Position numbers and translations under genes: made by a program. A model generated the notes under the pieces. That model had not been told where the DNA came from and searched no databases. It was given only the letters and a program-made list of their open reading frames with translations. This document shows, in pieces, positions 30,562-41,700 of a stretch of DNA of 64,000 nt (the stretch's first letter is position 1; each line of letters opens with the position of its first letter). The DNA comes from Massalongia carnosa (Eukaryota): positions 1 to 64,000 of the forward strand of contig OZ287069.1 in the NCBI GenBank assembly GCA_965645245.1. The letters are read 5' to 3'.

Positions 30562-33500
30562 GTCGCTCTCGAAGACCGACGGAAGGATTTCCTGTGTCAA
30601 TTTCGGCTTTTTCCATATCAGAAGACTCGTTAGATGGTAGACATTTCGTCGTATCCATAGAACTCTCTGTAGAAAATCGCGTTTTACACACACATGCATT
30701 AATAGATTGCGGCGCTTCTGGCTATGCATTCATTGATTCGTCCTTCGCGCAAAGAAATTCCCTGCCTCTCACCCCCCTTGTCCGCCCTCGCGTTCTCGAA
30801 GTTGTGGACGGCCGACCAGCCGCGGCTGGTATGCTCACACACCTGGCCAAGTTGAAGATGAACGTCAACGGGCATCACGAGCACGGCTCATTCCTTGTGA
30901 CCCAGTTGGGTCACTATCCGGTAGTCCTGGGAGTCAAATGGCTTCAAATTCACGACCCTTTCGTCAGCTGGTCTCGAAATACTCTGACCTTCTCGTCCTC
31001 GTATTGTCGTCTGGAGTGTTTAGAGAATAAACACGTCCCTCTTGTTATTCCTGGCCTTTCTGATCTTTCCGAAGAGTCTCCTCCCCCGGAGTCTGCTTCC
31101 TCAGTGCGTCTTGACCCTCTTGAAATCCGTGAGAACAAGGTCTCTCACGCGAATCCTGAATTCTTGAAACCCACCGAGTTTATTGAACATATCGAGTTTA
31201 TTGAACATCCCGAGCCCATGATCCGAGTCCCGAGTTCACGTCTTGAACCCCCGAAAATCACCAAGTACACTGAACACTCTCAGCCTCCGAGTCTCGTCCC
31301 AGAACTTAAGAAGTCCAGCGCCTTGCCCATGAAAATCTGTATGATAGGAGCCGCGCCATTTTCCACCCTGATGAAGGATCGAAAGAACGAAATCTTCACT
31401 GCGTCCTTGTACGAGATCGAAAAAGCCATACAAGCCTTGAAAAACCCGAGCAACCTCAGCCTTGCAGCCGCATCTCTGGATGATGTGGCCAAATCCTTGA
31501 AACCTAAGAGATTCATCGATCCTGCTACCGTAGTACCCGAGGAATTTCATGATCTCCTGGACGTGTTCTCCAAACAAGAGGCCGATAAACTGCCTCCGCA
31601 TCGTTCATACGATCACAAGATCGTGTTGATGGAGGGCGCAGTTCCTTCTTCGGGTCCTCTATACAAGATGTCAGCTCCCGAGCTTTTAGTTTTGCAGAAA
31701 TATCTCAAGGAAAACTTAGCCAAGGGATTCATTCGAGCCAGTTCCTCTCCTTGTTCCTCGCCGGTATTGTTCGCACGAAAGCCTTCAGGCGGACTGCGAT
31801 TCTGTGTCGATTACAGAGCCCTGAACGCGATCACCGTAAAGAATCGCTACCCAATACCCCTGATTCAGGAGACCCTCGATAGGCTCGCAAAAGCCGTTAT
31901 ATTCTCGAAATTTGATATTGTAGCGGCTTTCAATAAGCTGCGCATGCAGAAGGGACAGGAATGGATGACGGCCTTCAAAACAAGATATGGGCTTTTCGAG
32001 TATGATGTTCTTCCTTTCGGATTGTCTGGAGGTCCTGGATCCTTTCAGCATTACATTAACGATGTACTCCGCGAATATCTAGACGCCTTTTGCACCGCGT
32101 ACATCGATGACATCTTGATTTACAGTAAATCGAGAAAAGAACACAGTATCCACGTAAGAAAAGTTTTAACAGCTCTACGAGAAGCGGGGTTGCAACTGGA
32201 CATTGAGAAATGCGAGTTCTTCGTCACCGAGACAACATATTTGGGATTGATTATCTCCAATAAAGGAATAAGAATGGATCCTCGCAAAGTTCAAACCATC
32301 AAGGACTGGATCACGCCCAAGAATGTTAAAGATATTCAAGCCTTTGTAGGATTCGCGAACTTCTATCGCCGTTTCGTCAAAAACTTCTCCGCCATTGCCG
32401 CACCCCTGATAAAGCTGACTCGAAAGAGTGTGATCTTTTCTTGGAATCAGGAATGCGAGACCGCATTTCAAAGATTAAAGGACGCGTTCATGAGCGACCT
32501 TGTTCTGATGCATTTTGATCCTGAGAAAAAGATCGTTGTAGAAGTTGACGCCTCGGATTGGGTAGTGGGGGGAGTGCTCTCGCAACATGACGACGAAGGA
32601 ATTCTAAGACCTGTGGCATTCTTCTCAAAGAAACACTCACCAGCGGAAGTAAATTATGAGATTTATGATAAAGAGCTTATGGCTATCGTTCGTGCCTTTG
32701 AGGAATGGAGAGCTGAACTCGAAGGAGCCGCATTTCCAATACAAGTAATTTCCGATCATAAGAATCTGGAATATTTCATGACAACGAAGCAATTGAGTAG
32801 AAGGCAAGCACGCTGGTCCGAATATCTTTCTCGTTTTGATTTTCAGATTGTGTACCGCCCAGGGAAGAGTGGCGGAAAGCCCGATGCCCTTACCAGAAGG
32901 TCTCAAGACCTACCTGAGGGGGGGGATGATCCACGAGTGAAGATCCAACATCAAACGGTCTTGAAACCTCGAAATCTTGAACTTCTAGCGAACGGGTTAG
33001 CAAAGGAATCTTCGGAAGAGAACGATATTGAATCAGGTTTAGATCAAGAGGAAGTCAAGACCCTGGAAGAATTATGGCAGGAGGCTCTGAAAAATGATCC
33101 TTTCCCTGTCAAGATACTGAACCTGTTGCGGTCAGGAGCAAGGCACTCCAAGGATATCTCGTTAGCGGAATGCACCGAAATCAACGGTCGATTACACTAT
33201 CGAGAGAAAATGTTCGTTCCCGACTCTCATGCTTTGAAAATGAGGCTCTGCGAGTCTGTTCATGATAGTCCAGTGGCAGGTCACCCCGGCCGAGCCAAGA
33301 CCTTTGATCTTTTACAGCGCCACTATTACTGGCCTCGATTTTATCAGTTCGTAGCGAAGTATGTACAGCACTGTCAAGTATGCGCACGAAGCAAATCATC
33401 TCGTCAAGGGAAAATGGGAGTTCTCAGACCACTGCCCATTCCCGAGCGTCGCTGGCAAGATATCTCAATGGACTTTGTCACTGGACTGCCGGAAAGCAAT

Positions 33501-34517
33501 GGATTCGACGCTATACTGGTCGTGATCGATCGTCTGTCGAAAAGACGTCACTTCTCTTCATGTCTCACTACAATCAACGCTCAAGAATTGGCTGAGCTCT
33601 TTCTTCGGGATATCTGGAAACTCCATGGACTACCAAGCACCATTGTATCAGATCGAGGAGTGCTTTTCGTGGCGGAGTTTTGGAAAAAGCTGTGTCAAGG
33701 GTTGGGAATCAAGAGTCTTCTGTCGACAGCCTTCCATCCAGAAACAGATGGGCAGACGGAGCGAGTAAATGCCTCCATGGAACAATACCTTCGCAGTTAC
33801 ACGGATTATCTTCAGGATGACTGGGCAAATTGGTTGCCCATGGCGGAATTTACAGGAAACAATGTCGTGTCCGAAACGACTGGGTGCAGCCCTTTTCTTG
33901 CGGAGATGGGATACCACCCGCGTATGGGATTTGAATCAATGGAACCCTCTAGGTCCCCGGCCAGTTTGAACGCAGGGGATTTCGCCAAGAAAATGCAAGA
34001 TATCACGATCGTGCTGCAAGAGGAAATGAGATTCGCGCAAGCACGATACGAAGCAGGGGCCAACGAAAATCGCGTGCCAGCACCGGTTTATCAAGTAGGA
34101 GACGCAGTATGGCTAAGCACAAAAAACATACGTACACAACGACCCGCTCGAAAGCTCGATTGGAAGAATCTAGGCCCATTCAAGATATCTAATGTGGTAA
34201 GCAAGTATGCGTATCGACTCGATCTCCCCATCGGCATGAAGATTCATCCCGTGTTTCATGTATCTCTTCTCTCGCCCGTGCCTCAAGATCCTCACCCTGA
34301 TCACGTTCCACCTCCTCCTCCACCAGTCGAAGTTGACGGCGAAGAGGAGTATGAAGTGGAGGATATCCTCGATTCTAAGAAGTTCCGGAATCGCTTGAAG
34401 TATCTGGTGCAGTGGATCGGTTGGAACGACCCCACCTGGGAGTACGCAGAGTACGTCATCAATGCCAACGAAAGAGTAGCAGACTTTCACCGACGATATC
34501 CAGAAAAGCCCCGATAA
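30426..34517 (+). CDS. pol: Pol (protease-RT-RNase H-integrase-chromodomain), -1 frameshift
   Basis: ALIDCGA, YIDD, EVDAS, IVSDRG, TDGQTER, GPF, YLVQWIGW. Candidate slippery site G GAA AAC at ~30537-30543. Confidence 0.96.
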   Translation: MPLLRGVRALCGQLSQTGTRGETQAVTTQRVYPCGVDGKRCVFELSRSRRPTEGFPVSISAFSISEDSLDGRHFVVSIELSVENRVLHTHALIDCGASGYAFIDSSFAQRNSLPLTPLVRPRVLEVVDGRPAAAGMLTHLAKLKMNVNGHHEHGSFLVTQLGHYPVVLGVKWLQIHDPFVSWSRNTLTFSSSYCRLECLENKHVPLVIPGLSDLSEESPPPESASSVRLDPLEIRENKVSHANPEFLKPTEFIEHIEFIEHPEPMIRVPSSRLEPPKITKYTEHSQPPSLVPELKKSSALPMKICMIGAAPFSTLMKDRKNEIFTASLYEIEKAIQALKNPSNLSLAAASLDDVAKSLKPKRFIDPATVVPEEFHDLLDVFSKQEADKLPPHRSYDHKIVLMEGAVPSSGPLYKMSAPELLVLQKYLKENLAKGFIRASSSPCSSPVLFARKPSGGLRFCVDYRALNAITVKNRYPIPLIQETLDRLAKAVIFSKFDIVAAFNKLRMQKGQEWMTAFKTRYGLFEYDVLPFGLSGGPGSFQHYINDVLREYLDAFCTAYIDDILIYSKSRKEHSIHVRKVLTALREAGLQLDIEKCEFFVTETTYLGLIISNKGIRMDPRKVQTIKDWITPKNVKDIQAFVGFANFYRRFVKNFSAIAAPLIKLTRKSVIFSWNQECETAFQRLKDAFMSDLVLMHFDPEKKIVVEVDASDWVVGGVLSQHDDEGILRPVAFFSKKHSPAEVNYEIYDKELMAIVRAFEEWRAELEGAAFPIQVISDHKNLEYFMTTKQLSRRQARWSEYLSRFDFQIVYRPGKSGGKPDALTRRSQDLPEGGDDPRVKIQHQTVLKPRNLELLANGLAKESSEENDIESGLDQEEVKTLEELWQEALKNDPFPVKILNLLRSGARHSKDISLAECTEINGRLHYREKMFVPDSHALKMRLCESVHDSPVAGHPGRAKTFDLLQRHYYWPRFYQFVAKYVQHCQVCARSKSSRQGKMGVLRPLPIPERRWQDISMDFVTGLPESNGFDAILVVIDRLSKRRHFSSCLTTINAQELAELFLRDIWKLHGLPSTIVSDRGVLFVAEFWKKLCQGLGIKSLLSTAFHPETDGQTERVNASMEQYLRSYTDYLQDDWANWLPMAEFTGNNVVSETTGCSPFLAEMGYHPRMGFESMEPSRSPASLNAGDFAKKMQDITIVLQEEMRFAQARYEAGANENRVPAPVYQVGDAVWLSTKNIRTQRPARKLDWKNLGPFKISNVVSKYAYRLDLPIGMKIHPVFHVSLLSPVPQDPHPDHVPPPPPPVEVDGEEEYEVEDILDSKKFRNRLKYLVQWIGWNDPTWEYAEYVINANERVADFHRRYPEKPR

Positions 34518-35401
34518 CTCACACCAACCATGAAGCAATTATGCCTGCGTGGAATCAGGCCTGAAGGAGGGAGCTACTGTCATGGTGCGAATAAGGATAA
34601 TCTAGGAAAGGTAGTCACAAGAAGGTTGCTAAGATTGCTAAGCGATACCCCCGACATTTAGCGTCGCGGGAGGTAGCGCATTGGGTTTAGCGGGAAGCTA
34701 ACCTCATCAAGGTTAGTAAAGGGATCAAGGAGTTATAAGAAAATCTCTGCAGCAATTGCTGCTTTCTTCTTTGTGTTCGTCTTGTTTATTTAGCATAGCT
34801 ATTAGCTAGCCATCAAGACCATCATCACCACCACTTGAGTAGGCCTTCTATTGCCCACCCGTTACATCCGGGTTGCGTCCACAAAAGCCCTGGAGTCCTT
34901 AAATTCTTCCGAAGGAGAACCTTAAACTCGATCCAAGACAAAGGTCCTACCTCTTCGCCTTGGCTTCGACGTTTGTGCTGGTGCCAACGAAAGCTGATCC
35001 AGTCACGAAGGAAAGATACGGCAAAGGGTGTACGGTTTGACCCAGTGGCGCAGGCGGTGTCAAAGTAGTCTTTGCATTATAAGCAGAAATAGTAACACTC
35101 CATATAGGACTTCCCATAGTAGAGATCTGGGATCCGAGCTTTCAACTGACCTTCACGGGGGCCTTCATGTCGACTGCCTTGTGCCTAGAGGAACGACTCC
35201 ATGCAGAGCTTTGTGATTCGCTGCAGATCTTCCTCGGTGTATTTGTCCGGGCCCGTAGCTTCCTCAGTGCTGGGTGCCGGTATCTCTTCCGAAGGCCTTG
35301 AAGTATCTTCTGCCTGGGGAGATCTTGTTGGACCTTGCCGAACGTTCCTGCGAGGGCGAGAGCTTGATGACATCGTTTGCGGAGTTCAAAAACAGATGGC
35401 T

Positions 35402-35817
35402 TGTAATAGGGTAGGCCAAGTATGCGTTCGCTGAACGTAAGACTGGCCTATGTGGCTGTGTGGGATATATACAGCCAAAACAACCACCAAGACAATAAGG
35501 TCCCGCCTAACCCAGTTAGGCATAGTGTGGGGACCTAACTTATTATGGAGGTGTTTTCGTAGTACACGAAGTATCCCCTCGCCTCGCCTCACCTCCCCTA
35601 GCTCGCCTGCCTAGTGTCATCTACCTGTGTCTTTCGGTGACCGAAGTATTTCGGAGACCGAAAATACCAGGTAGTATGGGCAAGGTACGGAAGAAGAGCT
35701 TAGGTTGTGGATTATCCTATTCTATATAGATCAATGATCAAGCACTTCAAAAGGGTAGCATTTAGTCTACCCTTTGACCCGACCCAACCTATTTGTACCT
35801 CTATTGTGACCATCACG
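35402..35817. repeat. LTR-like block, probably the 5' LTR of the decayed minus-strand Gypsy
   Basis: TGTAATAGGG...CCATCACG lies ~30 bp upstream of the gag ATG. No partner LTR or TSD visible. Confidence 0.45.
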
Positions 35818-36026
35818 TTGTGTAGCCCCTGTGGATCCCATCTTCCAGTAGTGAATGCCTGCTGGGAGAAGGTCTCCCCGTTTCATGGCTCCACTAGCTA
35901 AGCTTCCTCCAAACGGGCTGGCTGACCCGTAGGGTATGATAGCAATTAGAATTTTAAAGGGCTTCGAGATCAGTGTCGCTCGTGAATAGCTTACTGGTCT
36001 CGTAGCCCATTATAGATATGTAGATA

Positions 36027-36130
36027 GTTCGGTCGCAAAAGTGTCTGCCCCCCCACCCATTTTTTCCCCTTAGGGGGGCAGACACTTTTGCGACCGAACC
36101 TTGTACGCCGCTTAAGTAAATCTGGTCCCT
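36027..36130. repeat. Hairpin module copy A (~25-bp stem plus conserved 30-bp tail)
   Basis: GTTCGGTCGCAAAAGTGTCTGCCCC ... GGGGCAGACACTTTTGCGACCGAAC followed by CTTGTACGCCGCTTAAGTAAATCTGGTCCCT. Confidence 0.9.
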
Positions 36131-36385
36131 CCATGATTGCGCCGTCTCCGCAATGGGTACGGCTTCCTTGCCTTCATGCGATGCTGCGGGTCTTGGAAAT
36201 GAGACTGCACCTGAGCCGGCCAAATGACATGTTGACATTTGCGACACACGATCGCAACTCGCTTAACTGTTTAATGAGTAATGCGCTCATGATTGTAATA
36301 ATAATGGTCAGTTTGGGGATGTGATCTTCCCTTTTATTGTATGGTTCGGGATATGGGCTCGCTTCTTCGCGCAAGCGGGATCTTA
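36131..36385 (-). pseudogene. N-terminal (DUF3505-like zinc-binding) fragment of a telomere-linked helicase gene
   Basis: IVCRKCQHVIWPAQVQSHFQDPQHRM. Diverged duplicate of 38428-38694. Confidence 0.6.
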
Positions 36386-36769
36386 TGGGGAATGAAGTCG
36401 AATGGTTTTATGGAATTGACAACTACATTTTAATACGACAACGTTAGTTCTTACATATTCGAAGTCGCCGAGTGAAACTGTACAGTTTATATACAAATTA
36501 TCTTTCACGGTACTCATCATCTGCTGATGTTGAACGGCGGCGAGTTTTGATGTTCCTGTGCTTTCACCGCTCAAAAGCTCCTCAAACACTCTTTGCGCCG
36601 CGATTTTTCTAAAATCAAGGAAATATCGGAACTTTTCCCTTGAAACATATGTTACAATTTCGAAGACATGCTATTTCTGACCGCTTAAATCAAGAAAATC
36701 GGCCCAGAGGGTGGAATAGCAACCAATCCTTGAATGATTTTCTACCGTACCAACTCAGACGACTGGTAG

Positions 36770-36872
36770 AAGGTTCGGTCGCAAAAGTGTCTGCCCCTCT
36801 TATTTTTCCTCCTAGGGGGGCAGCCACTTTTGCGACCGAACCTTGTACGCCGCTTAAGTAAATCTGGTCCCT
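36770..36872. repeat. Hairpin module copy B
   Basis: Same stem (one mismatch) and identical tail as 36027-36130; the loop differs. Confidence 0.9.
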
Positions 36873-38590
36873 AAGAGTAATATAGCCCATCGGAGAGTAA
36901 GAGGCTTTGCATAGCTAAGTGTTCCGCACCTGGCTAAATAGCCCTCCCAAATCCTCCATACCGGCTCTCTCTGCAGCAGGGATAGCCCACTCCCCTAGCC
37001 ATGCTCTCCCAACATATACTAGCCCTGCCAGCAAATATGTGAACAGATATGCTAGTCTGAAGTTCCCAGATTTACCATCAATTCCCAGAACGCCAACAAA
37101 ATGCCGAAGCGGACTAAGAAACGGATCCCTATCAAGACGCTGTGTCCAGAAATTAGCTGACACTTGCAGCATCTCCTCTTCCAGAACTAATTCGGAGTAA
37201 TCTTCAAGACTCCCTCTCTATGCTGCTGTAAAATAGAAACCATGTTTCTTAAACAGCTCTGCATCGGCCAAGTGGAGGACATTCAGGCAGTAGCAAAAGA
37301 ACCGCGTCCAGTAAATCAGATTTCGGTCCATGCTTGCCTTCTCCTGCAAAAGGCTAAACGGCCGGCTGTGAGTATCGTCATGATGGGGACTGGCCAGAAG
37401 TAAGCGTGTCATCAAAGGCATGCTCTTCAGGCCATCAATACAGCGGCCAAAAAATAGCCGGTTCATCACAGCAACTATCCTCCGCAGCTCGTCATCTTCC
37501 CGACCAGGCATACGACTACAAGTATAGATCTCGACAAGATCCCTCTCTTAGAGATGCATCCGCCACGCTGCTCTCTTTAACCAGTTTGTTATCTCGTGCT
37601 TGTCTACCCATGCTCTCGCACCCTCGCCGCATATCTTGCCGCAATGCGATCAACGGAAAAACCACCACACTCACCCCTCCGTGCCCGCACGACGCCGGCA
37701 CCATAAATGTCATGATTTTGCCGCCTCCGGTAGCCATCATGCATATATCATGCCCGCCACCTGTCATCTATGCCCTGCTTGCAAGTCCGCCATATTGTTT
37801 AACCCATCGTCGGCCGTCTCCTCGTTTTCCGTCTCGATATGAAATGACAAACCGTCTCGCATGTACTTTCGACTGATGTCAATGACAATCTCCCCATATT
37901 CCTGAATGCCCAATGACACCCCTATGCTAAATCAACTCTCGCCTTGCAAAACCGTCCGCAGTCGCTGTGACGTCTACCGTTTACTATCCGGGTCGGGCAG
38001 CTAGATGAACGCTAATACCTAATCTCTCTCCCAAAACGTGATTTCTAGTTGGGGCAAAAACTGCAATACTAACCATATGTAATACATCAACAACTCCCCG
38101 ATCTCGCGGCGCAAATATCTATAAATCACCTTGACATCTCTTTTCCTCACCTACCCTTTATAATATCGGGTCACCCACACCATCAATCCCTGCTCCATGT
38201 GTCGAGGTCGATCTTATCTTGCTGGGTTTGCCTTTTCATGACTGCATCGACCAATCGTGCTTCTGTTTATAATGCGTCTTCATTTTCTTCTCACTGTGAC
38301 AAATATACTGAAATCGTTCGGGTTGAAGGTAACAAAACAATCTATCTAAATGCATTGCCAGTCCGTGAATCCTTCTATCTACTTGATAGATAAGGATTAA
38401 CTCTATGGGGTACTGGATTAAATTGGGCCATGATTGCGCCGTCTCCGCAATGGATGCGGCTTCCTTGCCTTTCATGCGATATCGCGGGCCTTGGAAATAA
38501 GACTACACCTGAGCCGGCTAAATGATATGTTGACATTTGCGACACACGATCGCCACTCGCTCAAATGCTTTAATGGGTAATGCGCTCATG
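36873..38590 (-). pseudogene. Rearranged fragments of telomere-linked RecQ-like helicase (TLH) gene(s)
   Basis: DUF3505-like N-terminus (YICHSEKKMKTHYKQKHDW); VTRYYKG...KVIYRYLRREIGELLMYYIWLV; RecQ motifs I/Ia MATGGGK...VVVFPLIALRQD (37516..37767); then RPFSLLQE and DPFLSPLRHFVGVLGID blocks out of the usual order. Confidence 0.72.
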
Positions 38591-38694
38591 ATGATAATAG
38601 TAATGGTCAGTCCGGGGATGAGATCTTCCCTTCCATTGTGTGTTTCGGGATATAGGTTTGCTTATTCGCAGAGTGGGCGTAAGCGGGATCTCAT

Positions 38695-39055
38695 TGTAAT
38701 GGGCTACGAGACCAGTAAGCTTATCACGAGCGACACTGATCTCGAAAGGGGAAATGCTCAGCGTGAGAGGAGGAAAATAGCTACTACGTGCTAGTCTCCG
38801 AGAGTATACGTGATCCAAAGAACTAATGGATGTAGAAGTGCTTAGACCAAGAGATCTCGTCCGAGACCCAAACGTAGGTTGTTCATAGAATAAAGACTAA
38901 TTGCTAACGAATACTACAAGATTCGTTCTGATATTTATCCTACTCACCCCAAGCCTATAGCCTTGGGAGCCTTGGAACCTTAGGAGCCTTGCAAGCCTTG
39001 GGAGTCTTGCGAGCATTACAGCCTTGCAATCCACATCCGACTTTATCGCATTACA
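38695..39055 (-). repeat. LTR (probable 3' LTR of a minus-strand Gypsy)
   Basis: Minus strand TGTAATGC...CCCATTACA preceded by purine-rich GAGGGATGGTTGGA. Its end is repeated in inverted orientation at ~35960-36014. Confidence 0.6.
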
Positions 39056-40250
39056 TCCAACCATCCCTCAGGATCCATCCACGAATTCGGCGTTCGCTGG
39101 ATCATCTAGTCAGCCTCGAGCAGCCTTCTAGATCTTCCCTTGCAAGGTAGAACAATTCTACCCCCGGCTAGATCCCTCACTACATGCCTCAGGCAATATA
39201 GCTTCATTTCGCCGTCACCACTAACTAGTGATGGAAGGTTACCTCCGACTGAATACCTCGCTACACTGCGGACCTGCCTCTAGACACAAGGTCTAGACAA
39301 CGAGGTCATGTAGGTTCATTCAGCCGACATCACTACCAACGTAGTAATAAAGGTTGAAGCTGAAGTTTACACCGGGGAGCCTAGCTCGAGCTGCGTCCAG
39401 CGAGCCGTGCCTCCTGCTACCTCTCTTGAACCATCAAGAGATCCAGTAGCTCCGAGTAGGCCAGTAGATTCCATATAGAGTTCCTCGGCGTCTCCACAGG
39501 AGTCCGCCTTACACTCCATGGCAATCTACCACCACGGCCTCGACAGGTGTTTGATCTGTAAGTAGTCAAGAACGTGATAACAATAACTCCGAAGTTTCGG
39601 GGCAAGATGGCAGTGTGTCAGCCTCGACGGCTTATGCGACTTCGTACTACGGCATGGTCCACGCTAGTTAATCCCGCAACAGCCATAGGCGATCACGTAT
39701 CCCTCTAGCGCCATCCGTATTACAGCGTATCTTTTGCAGTGATCCTTCATGTCGAACCAGAAGTAGTTTTCCATCAGTGACTGATACATGCTTTTATATC
39801 CCGGGTGTCCTTGCAGAAGAGGTTCGTGATGTTTCTGCAACAGGCATAATTGAAGGGGTTCATGATCTGGGACATACAGCCTTTCTTTGACAGATAGTCT
39901 TTCATCTTTCACTTTGAGATCTCCCATGGCTAATTTGATCCCTTTCTTTATAAGATGCGATGGAAGCTTGCGAAGTTCTCCTGTTATGGCAGCGATTATG
40001 TATTGAACTACTTCATCTTTTTCATAAGCTTCTTCAATTAGTTCTTCTAGAGGTTTCGCTGATGGATCTTCTTCTGAATCGTCGCCTAGTTCGTTCACCA
40101 GATTTTCATTTAAAATCTGACTCGGAGCCTCTTCATCGTCCTCGATGTCCTGAGGTTCCTCAGCTTCTTCGTCATTGTCATTTGTTCTTGTGTTTGCACA
40201 GAAGATCACTGATAAAGTTTTCTTTACGTCATCGTCAAGTTGATGCTCCT

Positions 40251-40531
40251 TGTTATGATCTACCTAGAGACTAGTCATAGGGACACTAGAAACGAATACA
40301 ATCAAGATGAAGAAGAAAAGATCAATTGAAAGACAAATCTCGCTCCTATATAGTCCAGCGGCCCCTAGCCCTCGACCGACTCGTGGAAGGATCTAGAAGG
40401 TTCGAGCATTGACCAGCTATGGAAACCGTGAATGCCACGATGAGTCTAGCGCGCACACGCGATCCCGTGACTTCGGCTTGTGGCTTGTTCCGCTCCGGTC
40501 TACCGAAGTAGTGCCGAGTAGAACCGTGACA
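40251..40531 (-). mobile_element. Solo LTR (281 bp)
   Basis: TGTTATGA...CCGTGACA with TSD CTCCT (40246-40250 / 40532-40536). Confidence 0.92.
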
Positions 40532-41356
40532 CTCCTGTAGCAATGTCTGGAATTGATGTTGTTATCGAGAGTCGTCAAACCCTTTTGGAAGATCTTAAGA
40601 ACGTCGAATAAGTGTGTCCGGCTTTTCGCCTTGTCTGCCCGGTCGATACATGATTTTGAAATTGAACTCCGAAAGGAATTCAACCTATCGGGCCTGTCTG
40701 CGGTTTCAGTTGCTTTGTCGTCATAAAGTGTTCCAGGTTTTTATGATCAGTATAAACTTTAATTGGCTGGTCAGGCGCAGCACTTGCTGCCTCGGTCCGC
40801 CAAACCTCGAAGCTCTTTATGATAGCGAGGAGTTCCTTATCATATATCATGTAATTACATTCGGCCGGTTTCATCTTCTTGGAGAAATATGCTACCGGTT
40901 TGAGCACTCCGTCATGCATCTGAGATAAGACTCCGGCAGTGACGAATTCCGAAGAGTCTGTTTCTATCCATGTCTCTAGAGACGGATCATAGTGCGCTAA
41001 CACTGGTACAGTAGTGAAGGCCTCATTCAAATCTTCGAAAGCTTTTTTACAATCTTCGGTCCAGATGAACACGTTATATCGGGTTCTCTTCTTGCCCGAC
41101 TTGGTCGTTATTTGTTCCCCTTTTGTCAATTCCGTCAGAGACCTTGTACGCTGAGAAAACTTTGATATGAATCGTCGATAGAAATTTGCAAAGCCTAGAA
41201 AAGTTTGCACGTCCTTCACGGACTCCAGAGTTTCCCATTTCAAAATCGCTTCAATCTTCTCGGAATCCATTTGTATTCCTTCAGTGGTGACTATAAGTCC
41301 GAGGTATTTTATTTTAGTCATCGAGAATTCACATTTGTTAATGTCAACTTGGAGTC

Positions 41357-41700
41357 TGTCATGTAGTGACTGGGTACTTGCCAGTTAGTTCATTGAATCA
41401 ACCTTAGCTGCTTGAACGAATTACTAGCCGGTTAGCCATCCGAAAGGAACTAAGCTTAATCCGGTTCAAAGGTAAGTGTTCCGACTATCAATAGTGTCAT
41501 GGCGATAGTTTCATGCTAGGGACTTGGGGAAATTGGATCAACGGCTGGATTGGGACTAGTTCCGTTCGCCAGAGTCTTATACTCGCCTACGTTGGATTTT
41601 CTGTTTCTTTTCTCCTTGTCGAACGTCTTGTCCACCTAGCTAGACAATCAAGTAACACGTTTGCACCCCCTGAATTCCTACCTAACCTCGCACCGTGATA
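41357..41700 (+). mobile_element. Solo LTR (344 bp), same family as the partial LTR at 5604-5692
   Basis: TGTCATG...CGTGATA with TSD GAGTC (41352-41356 / 41701-41705). Removal restores the RT frame GLQVDINKCEF. Confidence 0.92.

Larger units (their letters stand above)
28981..34866 (+). mobile_element. Full-length chromovirus Ty3/Gypsy LTR retrotransposon (5886 bp)
   Basis: 289-bp LTRs 28981-29269 and 34578-34866 (TGTCA...TTACA), identical by eye. TSD TCCGG (28976-28980 / 34867-34871). PPT GAAGGAGGGAG. Confidence 0.97.
27177..35817 (-). mobile_element. Decayed Ty3/Gypsy (gag-protease-deleted RT-RNase H), interrupted by the Gypsy at 28981 and cut by element X at 27177
   Basis: gag from ATG 35373 across the TSD; zinc knuckle near 28400; ALIDSGS fused directly to the RT thumb (28022..28324); RNase H ETDASG (27515..28021). 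LTR-like block 35402-35817. Confidence 0.82.
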
